NCBI GenBank assembly: GCA_965247695.1
Contig: OZ252037.1
Span: 5,568,123 to 5,632,122 of the forward strand
Direction: 5' to 3'
DNA: 64,000 bases
From: Flavisolibacter sp.
Lineage (GTDB): Bacteria > Bacteroidota > Bacteroidia > Chitinophagales > Chitinophagaceae
Shown here: positions 37,462 to 47,089 of the stretch, in pieces
How the letters are laid out: each line of letters begins with the position of its first letter
How positions within the stretch are numbered: position 1 is the stretch's first letter
The notes under the pieces: model-generated
Databases searched by the model: none
What the model was told of the DNA's origin: nothing
Seen by the model: the letters and a program-made list of their open reading frames with translations, nothing else
Translations under genes and position numbers: made by a program

Positions 37462-38526
37462 ATGCGTAAACTTTTTTTCATCGTTGGTCTTATTGGGCTT
37501 TGCTTTTTTGGCGATGCACAAAAGAAGGATTCGGTTAGTCTTGCAAACTTTATTCAAACAAAAGGCGATAGCCTGTTGAAAGCGGAAAAATGGCCCGGAC
37601 TTTTTGTAGGAGTGTTAAACGGCGGCAAGCGGCAATACTTCAGCTTTGGTTATGCCGTGCCCGATGAAAAGATAGCTTTTGATTCGTCCACTGTTTTTGA
37701 AGCAGGCAGCATCACCAAAACATTCACGGCTTTTATTGTTGAAAGCATCCTGCGTAATAAAGGCATCAGCGACAGTGTTTCCATCATCAACTATTTGCCC
37801 GATTCTGTGCAAAGCAATAAAGCACTTGCGGGCATTACGTTTCTTTCATTACTCAATCATACTTCGGGCTTGCCGCGGCTGCCGGATAACATAGAATTAA
37901 ACAGTAAAACACCATACGATAATTACGCGTTGAATGACTTGTTTTCTTTTTTAAAGCGATGCACACCCAAGCCTGATGGCAAAAGCAATTATTCAAACCT
38001 TGGGGCAGGATTGGCCGGTGTGTTGGCACAACGTATAACAGGCAAGAGCTATCAGCAATTGTTAGATGAGTATATTTTGAAACCGTTTGCTATCACCGCC
38101 TCTGATGGGCGTTCTTCTTACCGAGAAGCACAGGGCTATTTCAACGATGAAAAAATTGCGTTTTGGAAGATGAGTGCGCTGGCACCCGCAGGCGGCTTGC
38201 AATGTACTGCGGATGAAATGCTTTCTTATTTGGATTATATGATGAAGCCTCGCAACGCGAAAGCAAAAGCCGTGATCGAAAAACTTTTGTTGCCCACCGT
38301 AAGCATAACACCTAAGGTAAGCGTGGGCCTTGGCTGGCATACGTTTCAGGAGGTGAACAAGCCGGGTATCTATTGGCACAACGGCGGCACCTATGGCTTC
38401 TCCACTATCGCCGCATTTGAAAAAACATCGGGCAAAGCGGTGGTTGTAGTCGTGAATAAATACAACACTAATGCTGCCAGTGATGGTTTGGGCATTGGCT
38501 TATTGAAAAAGATGCTGGAAGAATAA
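37462..38526 (+). CDS. Serine hydrolase, beta-lactamase/AmpC-like family
   Basis: FEAGSITK (SxxK), LLNHTSGL, YSNLG, WHNGGTYG. Confidence 0.88.
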   Translation: MRKLFFIVGLIGLCFFGDAQKKDSVSLANFIQTKGDSLLKAEKWPGLFVGVLNGGKRQYFSFGYAVPDEKIAFDSSTVFEAGSITKTFTAFIVESILRNKGISDSVSIINYLPDSVQSNKALAGITFLSLLNHTSGLPRLPDNIELNSKTPYDNYALNDLFSFLKRCTPKPDGKSNYSNLGAGLAGVLAQRITGKSYQQLLDEYILKPFAITASDGRSSYREAQGYFNDEKIAFWKMSALAPAGGLQCTADEMLSYLDYMMKPRNAKAKAVIEKLLLPTVSITPKVSVGLGWHTFQEVNKPGIYWHNGGTYGFSTIAAFEKTSGKAVVVVVNKYNTNAASDGLGIGLLKKMLEE

Positions 38527-38555
38527 AGGCTTATCTTGATACTTCATTCATTGCC

Positions 38556-39008
38556 ATGAAGAAAAGTTTGTTGGATAAAGAATGCAGCGAGGCGATTGTA
38601 AGCCGCATTCAAAAATTGTCGCCCGATGCGCAAGCGCTTTGGGGCCGCATGAACGCCACCGAAATGCTGCTGCATTGCAACCGCGTAAACGAGCAATTGC
38701 TCACCGCTACGCCGGCTAAAAAAGGCACACGCATCAAACAATACATTGGCCGCTTGCTGGTGCTTTACCTCTTGCCCAACTTTCCAAAGAATGCCCGCAC
38801 ACCCAAACGCAACGATACCAAAGGACAGATTGATGCATCCGCTTTTGAAGGAGAACGGCAAACGTTTATTGCCTTGATCAAACAGTTTCCTTCGCATCAA
38901 AAACCAATCGAATTACCGCATCCTTATTTTGGCGATTTAAGTACGGCGCAATGGGGACTTGCCGGTTATAAACACGTAAATCATCATCTAAAGCAGTTTG
39001 GGTTATGA
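38556..39008 (+). CDS. DinB-like (DUF1569) protein
   Basis: LWGRMNATEMLLHC, HPYFG.L...QWG...YKHVNHHLKQFG. Confidence 0.85.
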   Translation: MKKSLLDKECSEAIVSRIQKLSPDAQALWGRMNATEMLLHCNRVNEQLLTATPAKKGTRIKQYIGRLLVLYLLPNFPKNARTPKRNDTKGQIDASAFEGERQTFIALIKQFPSHQKPIELPHPYFGDLSTAQWGLAGYKHVNHHLKQFGL

Positions 39009-39105
39009 ATAATGAGTAATGAGTGGCCGTTTAAAATTTTAAAGTCATTTTGTATTGTGAAGACGTTGTGCACAACAGGAACTTATTACTGATTACTCAT
39101 CACAC
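39003..39105. repeat. Paired inverted 7-nt-period arrays, homologous to 7738-7915
   Basis: aataatgagtaatgagtggccgtttaaaa ... gtgaagacgttgtgcacaacaggaacttattactgattactcatc. Confidence 0.6.
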
Positions 39106-39107
39106 AT

Positions 39108-39284
39108 TTAGCCGCCGTCGTTGGTATGTGACTTAGTTTTTGTGCGCTGGCCCACCAACGGCCGAAGCACGAATAACCCATCATGTTTTAAACGGTGCGG
39201 TACTGCCTTCAGTTGTTGGTAGGCAAGTTCACAGACGCAAAGCGACGTACCAACAACGGCGTAAAACAACAACAACGACGTCAT
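39108..39284 (-). CDS. Possible small protein (58 aa; not in ORF track)
   Basis: MTSLLLFYAVVGTSLCVCELAYQQLKAVPHRLKH...GG*; hydrophobic N-terminus, same strand as the upstream SRPBCC gene; no family recognised. Confidence 0.3.
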   Translation of the reverse strand: MTSLLLFYAVVGTSLCVCELAYQQLKAVPHRLKHDGLFVLRPLVGQRTKTKSHTNDGG

Positions 39285-39360
39285 AAAAATTTGAAGAAGA
39301 TTTTTGCAGTTATGTTTTAATGCTTTTCGGCAGTTTCTATTCTTATGAGTATGGCGCGAA

Positions 39361-39891
39361 TTATTTTTCCAAAATCCTTTTCAAATTACCGAGGCTTGTC
39401 TCCATGTCTTTTCCTAACATTCCGGTAACCACCGGTATCATAATGTTCATGGGGTAAGGAAGGCGGCTGGTAGTGCTCCATCCGACTTTTGTCTGCGTAT
39501 CCGTCACCGCGGTCACATCCATTTGCAAGGTGCTTAGTCCGGCAAAAGGCCGTACAAAACGCACGTCGCTTATCACGGTTTCTTCTCCCTTGATGGCCGT
39601 TATTTCCTGCTCGCCTTCACCGGCTTTTTTGTTTCCGTTCCAACCATAAATAAAACCAACCGTGCCGTCTGTGCCGGTAAACGCTTTCTTCATGTCGGGG
39701 TCTGTCATCACCCACTTATTGTAGTAATCTTGGTTTTTAAGAAGCTTCACGTAGTCAAAAACTTTTTGCTTCGGCGCATCAATGACAACCGCCCTATACA
39801 AACGGTATTCCTTTGGCAAAAAGGCGGCTACCAGCAACAGCAATACGACAATGCCAAGAAGAATTAGGATGATGATGAAGACAATGCTCAT
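39361..39891 (-). CDS. SRPBCC (START-like) family protein with N-terminal TM
   Basis: RAVVIDAPKQKVFDYV, DGTVGFIY.WNGNKKAGEGEQEI. Confidence 0.85.
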   Translation of the reverse strand: MSIVFIIILILLGIVVLLLLVAAFLPKEYRLYRAVVIDAPKQKVFDYVKLLKNQDYYNKWVMTDPDMKKAFTGTDGTVGFIYGWNGNKKAGEGEQEITAIKGEETVISDVRFVRPFAGLSTLQMDVTAVTDTQTKVGWSTTSRLPYPMNIMIPVVTGMLGKDMETSLGNLKRILEK

Positions 39892-39922
39892 GATTTTATT
39901 TTTGAGGTGATGACTTTTTCGC

Positions 39923-40120
39923 TTACGGCTTGCTTACTTGTTTCGTAAGCGACCTTACCTGTTCGCCGAATGCAATTGCGTCCGTTACTAGTTCACTATT
40001 GGCACCAAGTTGTCGAAGCATATCAAGAAATAGCTCAAACCTTTCACCAAAACTTTGCACTAATGGCATAGAATGATAGCTAGCACCAGCGCCTAACACA
40101 TATGTTATTGAATTATTCAT
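39923..40120 (-). pseudogene. 3'-truncated SIR2-like gene fragment
   Basis: MNNSITYVLGAGASYHSMPLV: beta1-GAGAS loop of SIR2-like proteins, ORF ends after 65 aa; AT-richer than neighbours by eye. Confidence 0.65.
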
Positions 40121-40156
40121 GTTGGCTGGTGATAATTTACCAAAGAAAGGTTTTTC

Positions 40157-40978
40157 TTAATCCAAAAAAATATCTCTCATCAGCTTCTGCGATACATCCA
40201 CCGCATACTTCTCAAAATCGCTTACGCCTTCGCCCCTCAACACGTCTTCATCAATAAAAAAATTACCCGTGCATTCAGCGGAGGATTTTGATAGAATGGC
40301 GAAGGCCGCATCGGCCACAATACCAGGGGTACGGCTCATGCGCATCAACGCATCACCGCCTAATAAATTTTGCACGGCGGCGGTGGCAATGGTGGTTCGC
40401 GGCCATAAGGCGTTGGCCGCAATTTTGTCCTTCCTTAGTTCTTCGGCAAGGCCAAGAATTATCATGCTCATGCCGTATTTGGCAATGGTGTAAGCAAGAT
40501 GTTGCGCCAGCCATTTTGGATTCAGGTTCAGTGGTGGCGATAGATTCAGGATGTGCGCATTGGATGATTTACGCAGGTGCGGAATGCAGGCCTTGCACAT
40601 GAAAAAGGTACCGCGTATTTCAATGTCGGTCATCAGGTCAAAACGCTTTGGTTCGGTGTGTTCGGTTGGCGTGAGAGAGATGGCGCTGGCGTTGTTGATC
40701 ACCATGTCAATGCCGCCAAAGGTCTTCACTGTTTCATCAACGGCGGCTTGTATCTGCGCTTCGTCGCGGATGTCGCATTGCAAAGGCAAGCATCTTACGC
40801 CAAAGGCTTCAATGTCTTTTGCCGCCGTATAAATGGTGCCTTCGAGCTTTGGATGCGGCTCGGTGGTTTTGGCGGCGATGGCGATGTTGCAGCCTTCTTT
40901 TGCTAATCGTTCGGCAATGGCTTTACCGATGCCGCGACTGCCGCCGGTAATTAAGGCTGTTTTGTTTTCTAACGGCAT
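40157..40978 (-). CDS. SDR oxidoreductase (HSDL2-like)
   Basis: ITGGSRGIG, NNASAI, AYTIAKYGMS, NALWPRT. Confidence 0.9.
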   Translation of the reverse strand: MPLENKTALITGGSRGIGKAIAERLAKEGCNIAIAAKTTEPHPKLEGTIYTAAKDIEAFGVRCLPLQCDIRDEAQIQAAVDETVKTFGGIDMVINNASAISLTPTEHTEPKRFDLMTDIEIRGTFFMCKACIPHLRKSSNAHILNLSPPLNLNPKWLAQHLAYTIAKYGMSMIILGLAEELRKDKIAANALWPRTTIATAAVQNLLGGDALMRMSRTPGIVADAAFAILSKSSAECTGNFFIDEDVLRGEGVSDFEKYAVDVSQKLMRDIFLD

Positions 40979-40993
40979 AAGTATGTTGTGTGT

Positions 40994-41983
40994 TTAATAC
41001 TCGGGTAAAACAGGTTTTGTTCCCATGATGTCATCAATGGTTTGCATCACCTCCGGCGTAAGCTTCGGCAACGCATCCAAAGCTTTTAAGTTTTCGGTAA
41101 GCTGTTCTTTTTTTGTAGCGCCGAGAATAGCTGTGGTTACGTTCGGATTCTTTATCGTCCATGCAATGGACAGAGTAGAAACGGGAAGGTCCAATTCACC
41201 CGCAAAATCCGTCAGTGCTTTTACTTTGGCCAACTTGTCTTCTTCCATCCATTGCTTTACCAGCCAATCAAAACCTTCCAATGAAAAGCGGCTGCCTTCG
41301 GGAATGCCGTTGTTGTATTTGCCGGTTAAAAGGCCGCTGGCCAACGGGCTCCAGATGGTGGTGCCGAGGCCAAGGTTCTTGAAGATTTCGAGGTATTCGT
41401 TCTCCAATTTATCGCGGTGCAAAAGGTTGTATTGCGGTTGTTCCATGGCAGGACCGATTAAGCCGTATTGCGCCGCTACGCGATGCGCTTCCATAATCTC
41501 CACGCCGCTCCATTCGCTTGTGCCCCAGTATAAAATCTTTCCTTGTTGAATCAGGATGTTCATGGTATGCACCACTTCTTCAATGGGCGCCTTCTTATCG
41601 GGACGATGGCAGAAGAATAAATCCAAATAATCCACTTGCAAACGTTGCAATGCTTCGTGGCAGGCTTCGGTTAAGTGCTTGCGGCTAAGCCCTGTTTGAT
41701 TGGGTTTGTTGGCCTTTCCGCGCCAGCCAAAATAAGCTTTGCTGCTCACGCAATACGATGTTCGGTCCCAGGCTTTTTTCTTCAACACGCGGCCCATCAT
41801 TTTTTCGCTTTCGCCGCCGGCATACACTTCGGCATTGTCGAAAAAGTTGATGCCCGCATCGTAAGCGATGCCCATGAGTTCTTCAGAAATTGAATCGTCT
41901 ATTTGTTTGTGAAAGGTGACCCAACTGCCAAAAGAAAGTACGCTCAACTGAAGGCCCGTTTTCCCCATTCGCCGGTATTGCAT
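40994..41983 (-). CDS. Aldo/keto reductase (Kv-beta-like)
   Basis: YRRMGKTGLQLS, FFDNAEVY, GLSRKH, YWGTSEW, WSPLASGLLTGKY. Confidence 0.93.
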   Translation of the reverse strand: MQYRRMGKTGLQLSVLSFGSWVTFHKQIDDSISEELMGIAYDAGINFFDNAEVYAGGESEKMMGRVLKKKAWDRTSYCVSSKAYFGWRGKANKPNQTGLSRKHLTEACHEALQRLQVDYLDLFFCHRPDKKAPIEEVVHTMNILIQQGKILYWGTSEWSGVEIMEAHRVAAQYGLIGPAMEQPQYNLLHRDKLENEYLEIFKNLGLGTTIWSPLASGLLTGKYNNGIPEGSRFSLEGFDWLVKQWMEEDKLAKVKALTDFAGELDLPVSTLSIAWTIKNPNVTTAILGATKKEQLTENLKALDALPKLTPEVMQTIDDIMGTKPVLPEY

Positions 41984-42077
41984 GCTAAAGATTTTTAAGG
42001 GCCGAAGGTATTGCGGGAAGGGGGGAAGTAAGAACGGTTGTGTTTGAATAAAAAGAATGGCTGTTTGTGCTGTCACA

Positions 42078-42911
42078 TCAGCTTTTTTTCTTCCCTGGCA
42101 AAAGGTTGACGGAGATGCCCATGCTGCCGGTGCAGTTCTCCTGTAAACTGCCGGTCCAATAAAGCGAACGCTTTCTAAAATTGGAATAGGAAATACCGCA
42201 TTGAATTTTTACGCCGCTGGTGCCAAAGCGAAATAAGAAGGCCGGCTCAAAGGCCATGAACGCAGGCTGTTCATTAATGGCTTTCAGTTCGTCAAATACC
42301 GGCCAAACAAAATCGTTGCTGATGGCAGCTTCTTTTACCCTCCAGGTTACCCAACTTAGTTTGGGAACAAACGCGGCTTCAACGTTTCTTGTTTTGAAGC
42401 CGATGGCCGGTTGAAAAAAGTATTTGCCAACGGATACCCGCGAATGATTTTCGTAGCCGTAATCATTTGCCGTTGTACCAAAACCGCAACCCGCGTAGAG
42501 TTCAGCAATCCATTTCTTCTTTGCATCAAGGCCCTTGAAATAACCACCGGCTATTTCGAGGTAAGTGCCGCGGCCTTTTTCTGTGTGCGACGAAGCATTG
42601 TAAAGACCATCACTCATCGTTTCTGTATTATCTGCCGAAAAATAATTCACCATCATGCCGATGTTGTTGCTTACCGCTCGGGCACACTGTAATTCTTCGC
42701 CGGTAAAGTCGGACAACGCCCCGGTTGAATACAAAGCATTCAAACGGGTTTCGCCTTTCGCCGACAGCAGTGGTGCATTTGCGGAGTTAGGCGCATAATA
42801 AACATGGGTGCAGCCGCAGCAAACCGTTGCTGCAATGGCGGCCGTTATCACGCTAAAAACGATAGAGTGTTTTGTACATGCGGACGGCAGTAAGCGTATG
42901 TGTGTGTTCAT
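42078..42911 (-). CDS. Hypothetical lipoprotein / outer-membrane protein
   Basis: Cys-containing lipobox-like region (VCCGC) followed by YYAPNSAN and alternating beta-strand-like segments. Confidence 0.65.
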   Translation of the reverse strand: MNTHIRLLPSACTKHSIVFSVITAAIAATVCCGCTHVYYAPNSANAPLLSAKGETRLNALYSTGALSDFTGEELQCARAVSNNIGMMVNYFSADNTETMSDGLYNASSHTEKGRGTYLEIAGGYFKGLDAKKKWIAELYAGCGFGTTANDYGYENHSRVSVGKYFFQPAIGFKTRNVEAAFVPKLSWVTWRVKEAAISNDFVWPVFDELKAINEQPAFMAFEPAFLFRFGTSGVKIQCGISYSNFRKRSLYWTGSLQENCTGSMGISVNLLPGKKKS

Positions 42912-43064
42912 AAAAAATCGTTTGGTGATTGCAGCAATGAAGGTGGGTAAAGCCTTCCTCTTTCTTCTTGACAAATGTCATTTTCCGTTGAAACGGATTA
43001 GGAATGAAAGGAAAATGCGGCAGCCGTTTTGCACCTGCGACAAAAGCGGTTTATCTTGTTTATC

Positions 43065-43646
43065 ATGCTGGAAAAAATGTTTGCCGCCCTTGGCCGCCTT
43101 CATCCGTTGAGCGATGAAATGAAGCAACGGCTGCAAGCCATTGCGGCAATACAGAGCTTTCCCAAAAACCATCTTCTTTTGAAAGAAGGCGACGTTGCCA
43201 ACGATGCCTGCTTTGTATTGAAAGGATTGGCCAGAGCTTATTACGTAACCGAAGGCAGGGCCGTCACTTCCCGCTTTATGGACGAAGGGTTTATGATCAC
43301 ATCCTGGGTTTCGTTTTATACCCGCCAGCCGGGTTACGAGTACATTGAACTGTTGGAGGAAAGTGAGGTAGCCTGCATGCACTACAACGATGTACAACGG
43401 TTGTATCACGATCTGCCGGACTTCAATACCGTAGGCCGAAAACTTACCGAGCACTATTTTTATCTGGCCGAGCAGCGCACCCAAATGCTGCGCAAGCACA
43501 CAGCGGAACAGAAGTATCGGTTCTTTCTGCAACAGCATCCCGACTTGCTTCAACGGGTACCGCTTAAATACATTGCTACGTATCTGGGCATGAGCGAGGA
43601 AACCTTAAGCCGTGTGCGGGGTAAGCTCGCAAGAAGGAAGGGTTGA
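43065..43646 (+). CDS. Crp/Fnr-family transcriptional regulator
   Basis: LLKEGDVAN..CFVLKGLARAYY, AEQKY..F...PDLLQRVPLKYIATYLGMSEETLSR. Confidence 0.92.
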   Translation: MLEKMFAALGRLHPLSDEMKQRLQAIAAIQSFPKNHLLLKEGDVANDACFVLKGLARAYYVTEGRAVTSRFMDEGFMITSWVSFYTRQPGYEYIELLEESEVACMHYNDVQRLYHDLPDFNTVGRKLTEHYFYLAEQRTQMLRKHTAEQKYRFFLQQHPDLLQRVPLKYIATYLGMSEETLSRVRGKLARRKG

Positions 43647-43883
43647 TGATGTGAGGAAGTTTTTTATCGGGGGGTGAAATTTGGTTTTGTAAAATGGCTA
43701 AATGAGTAAGCGATGAACAAGCAGGAGGAGCAGAAGTAACCGCTGTGACTAACGGCATCTACTTTTTAAAGACGCAAACAAAATAAGGGTTGATAACCCA
43801 AAAAGTTTTTGTAAACAAATAGATTTTGTTGAGAAGGGCCATGCACTCACAAACGTCTCATCTCTATTCGCACAACTGTTCAT

Positions 43884-44537
43884 CTACCCCACAAAAATAA
43901 AAGCAATCATTTGCGATACCGCACCCAAAAGCAAGCCGGCATACACTTCAAACGGACGGTGATCGGCATTCATCAATCGTGCAGTGCAAACGAGTCCGGC
44001 TATGAGTAAAGCAATGGACAGCCAGGGACCAAAATTAGCGCCGCTGCGCAGCGATAAAATAAAGAACAATGTCACTACTACGCCCATAGAAAGGGCGTGC
44101 ATGCTTACCTTAAAATAGGTGTTGAAAAAGACCCCGAAGCAGATGGTTAAGAACACCGCAAGGCTGAACATGATGGACTCTTTGGGGAAGCCGAGATTTT
44201 TGGAAACGTACCACATCCAGAAATAAAAGATCATGGTGGCCATGTAGGGAATGATGCGGTCTCTTTGGGTTTTGAGCTGAACGGTTTTTACAAAGCCTAA
44301 TGCTTTTGCAATGAGCACCGTGGCTAACGGCAATAAAGTATAGCTGACAAAGAATTGAACGATAAGTATCTTTTGCCGAAAAGGTTCAAGCGCCGGAAAA
44401 AGCCGCAGCACATAAACAAAAAACAAGGCCACATAAATCGGTACGAACAAAGGATGAAAAACGTAAGAAATGATTTTAGCCAAGGTGCGCAGGGCTGGAT
44501 GAAAGGAAGGTTGTTCAATAGCCGGGCTGGAGTTCAT
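43884..44537 (-). CDS. Conserved integral membrane protein (PAP2-like C-terminus)
   Basis: ISYVFHPLF, KVSMHALSMG, ARL...H...EVYAG motifs; about six TMs; start ATG 44537. Confidence 0.75.
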   Translation of the reverse strand: MNSSPAIEQPSFHPALRTLAKIISYVFHPLFVPIYVALFFVYVLRLFPALEPFRQKILIVQFFVSYTLLPLATVLIAKALGFVKTVQLKTQRDRIIPYMATMIFYFWMWYVSKNLGFPKESIMFSLAVFLTICFGVFFNTYFKVSMHALSMGVVVTLFFILSLRSGANFGPWLSIALLIAGLVCTARLMNADHRPFEVYAGLLLGAVSQMIAFIFVG

Positions 44538-44552
44538 GCGGCGAAGATAAGA

Positions 44553-45124
44553 CCTCACCCCGGCCCTCTCCATCGAAGATGCCTGCCTGTCCGGTAGGCA
44601 GGGAGAGGGAGGCCGTGCGGCGGTGTTTACAGCGCAGTCTTTTTTTCACTACTGGAGCCTCTCTATTGTCGTAAAGACTTTTACCTGTCATTCCGAAATT
44701 CGATTCATTTCCATTTTCCTTCTCTCATTGGAGAAGGTTCCGCTTCAGGCGGAGGATGAGGCCGGGGGATCTGTGGAGGGTGCTTAAAGAACAGTTGTGA
44801 GATATAAACCTGTTTGCTTTCTTTTCTCAAAGTACAACGCACAGATGCTTCGTTCCTCGGCATGACAAGCAAAAGGCGTTATTATAACAGAGAGATTGAA
44901 AGTTTAAGGAGTGCTTGTGGAATGCCGAATAGTCCCGATAGCTATCGGGATACCGAGCGTAGAAGAGTGCGACGCAACAGACACTTAATAGATAGACAAA
45001 CCTTTGGCCGATAAAAAGATAATGATTGAAAGAATGTCACCGCCTGTAACCCTCTTGCGCAAGCACTCCCTCTCCTTGCCTACCGGACAGGCAGGCATCT
45101 TCGATGGAGAGGGCCGGGGTGAGG
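44553..45124. mobile_element. Composite REP/MITE-like element 3 with ~58-bp near-perfect terminal inverted repeats
   Basis: 44553 cctcaccccggccctctccatcgaagatgcctgcctgtccggtaggcagggagaggga matches the reverse complement of 45067-45124 with 1 mismatch; internal TGTCATTCCG..CGGCATGACA and CCCGATAGCTATCGGGA units. Confidence 0.75.
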
Positions 45125-45125
45125 T

Positions 45126-46625
45126 TCACAGTTCCTTCCTTAACCTTGCCACCGGTATATTCAATTGCTCTCTGTACTTGGCTACGGTGCGGCGGGCAAT
45201 GTTGTAGCCTTTCTCCTGCAAAAGTTCGGTGAGGCGTTCGTCGCTTAAAGGCTTTTTCTTTTGCTCGGCTTCAATCAAATCGCTCAATATCTTTTTCACT
45301 TCGCGGGTGGAAACTTCTTCGCCGCTGTCGGTGGTGAGGGATTCGCTAAAGAAGAATTTCAGTCGGTAAGTGCCGAACTCTGTTTGCACGAATTTAGAAT
45401 TGGCCACGCGGCTCACGGTGGAAATATCAAGGTCTGTTTTTTCGGCGATGTCTTTTAAAATCATTGGCCGCAGGGCCGTTTCATCGCCGGTTAAAAAGAA
45501 ATTGTATTGGTGGTTCATGATGGCCGTCATGGTGCTGAACAAGGTGTGCTGCCGTTGCTTAATCGCATCTATAAACCATTTAGCCGAGTCTATCTTTTGC
45601 TTGATGAACAACACCGCTTCTTTTTGGCGGCGGTCTTTTTTAGTGCCGCGATCATACTCCTTCAGCATGTCGCGATAGCCTTCGGAGATGCGCAGTTCCG
45701 GTGCGTTTTTGGAGTTGAGCGTTAGCTCCAGTTTGCTGGCGTTGTTGTAAATAAAAAAGTCGGGCACCACATAGCTTTCGGCCTTGTTAATTTCGCCCAC
45801 ATTGCCGCCGGGTTTTGGATTGAGCTTGGTGATTTGTATCATCACTTCCCGCAACTGGTCATCATCGAGGTTCAGGCCGCGCTGAATTTTTTCGTAGTGC
45901 TTTTTGGTAAACTCATCAAAGTATTTGGTAAGTGCCTGCATGGCAAGGTTCACGTCTTTGCCTTCGAGCCTTTGCCGTTCCAGTTGCAGCAATAAACATT
46001 CCTGCAGGTTGCGGGCACAAACGCCCGGTGGGTCAAAACGCTGGATGCGGTCAATGAGTTCTTCAACCTCCTGTTCAGCGGTTTCTACATTTTGCCGAAA
46101 GGCCAGGTCATCCACAATGGCCGATGTATCGCGGCGCAGGTAGCCGTCTTCATCAATGGAACCAATAATTTGCTCGGTTATTTTATGCTGGCGTTCGTCT
46201 AAGTTCAACATGCCCAACTGCGCTTCCAGCACTTCGTAAAAAGACGTCTCGACTTTATACGGCATGGTTGTCTTTTCCTCTTGCTCACCGTAGTTTTCGT
46301 CGCGTAGTTTGTAATCGGCAATGTCGTCGTCGCCTTCCTGCACGTAATCGGAGATGTCTATGTTTTCGTAAAGGTCATCCTTATCGCGGTCGTCCTCGGC
46401 TTCGTATTCTTCTTCGGCCGGCGTGCTGTCGGCAAATTCATCTTTCTCGTCGTAGGCCTCGGCGCCTTCCTCATCGGTTACTTCAAGGGCCGGATTTTCT
46501 TCGAGTTCCTCTTTGATGCGTTCTTCCAGGTTAGCGGTGGGCACTTGCAACAGCTTCATTAACTGAATCTGTTGCGGCGATAGTTTTTGTAGAAGCTTTT
46601 GTTGTAAACTCTGGCTAAGGCTCAT
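45126..46625 (-). CDS. rpoN: RNA polymerase sigma-54 factor
   Basis: LSPQQIQLMKLLQ, ENPALE, ISTVSR, RpoN box ARRTVAKYRE. Confidence 0.97.
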   Translation of the reverse strand: MSLSQSLQQKLLQKLSPQQIQLMKLLQVPTANLEERIKEELEENPALEVTDEEGAEAYDEKDEFADSTPAEEEYEAEDDRDKDDLYENIDISDYVQEGDDDIADYKLRDENYGEQEEKTTMPYKVETSFYEVLEAQLGMLNLDERQHKITEQIIGSIDEDGYLRRDTSAIVDDLAFRQNVETAEQEVEELIDRIQRFDPPGVCARNLQECLLLQLERQRLEGKDVNLAMQALTKYFDEFTKKHYEKIQRGLNLDDDQLREVMIQITKLNPKPGGNVGEINKAESYVVPDFFIYNNASKLELTLNSKNAPELRISEGYRDMLKEYDRGTKKDRRQKEAVLFIKQKIDSAKWFIDAIKQRQHTLFSTMTAIMNHQYNFFLTGDETALRPMILKDIAEKTDLDISTVSRVANSKFVQTEFGTYRLKFFFSESLTTDSGEEVSTREVKKILSDLIEAEQKKKPLSDERLTELLQEKGYNIARRTVAKYREQLNIPVARLRKEL

Positions 46626-46739
46626 GGTTTGTTCTCCTCATTGTCGGTGGCAAAGTCCTTTCTATTGGTGACAAAAAAGTTTGCCGGTTTCGCAAAAATC
46701 AAGCCGTAAATTTACAGCAAATCCCACTCCATGCAAATG

Positions 46740-47009
46740 GCAAGTTTTCTTCTGGCGGCATCGTTTTTCATCGGTTCGCTCAAAGCCGCGTCGCAACAAC
46801 GTTTGCCGCCTTTATCCGATTCTTCCGTCGCAAAAGTTTCACTAAAAGTTCTGCCGCAAAATTTCTACAAACAAGGTTTGCCTTTGTCTTGCAAAACCGA
46901 ATTGCAATTGCAAAAACTTACATCACTGCCACTCTACTTTCGCCTTGGCTCCAAGGACTATGTTGATTATTTGGAAAAGAAGCCGAACGCAATGCTCAAT
47001 AAGCAATAG
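46740..47009 (+). CDS. Small hypothetical secreted protein
   Basis: Hydrophobic N-terminus; conserved-looking C-terminus CKTELQLQK..LPLYFRLGS.DYVDYLEKK; exact start uncertain. Confidence 0.6.
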   Translation, partial: ASFLLAASFFIGSLKAASQQRLPPLSDSSVAKVSLKVLPQNFYKQGLPLSCKTELQLQKLTSLPLYFRLGSKDYVDYLEKKPNAMLNKQ

Positions 47010-47089
47010 GCAGTAAGCAATGTGCAAAGCACAGACATTCCCTTTTTCTATCTTCTTACTTCCGTCCTTCGCATTCTTATCTTTAAAGA

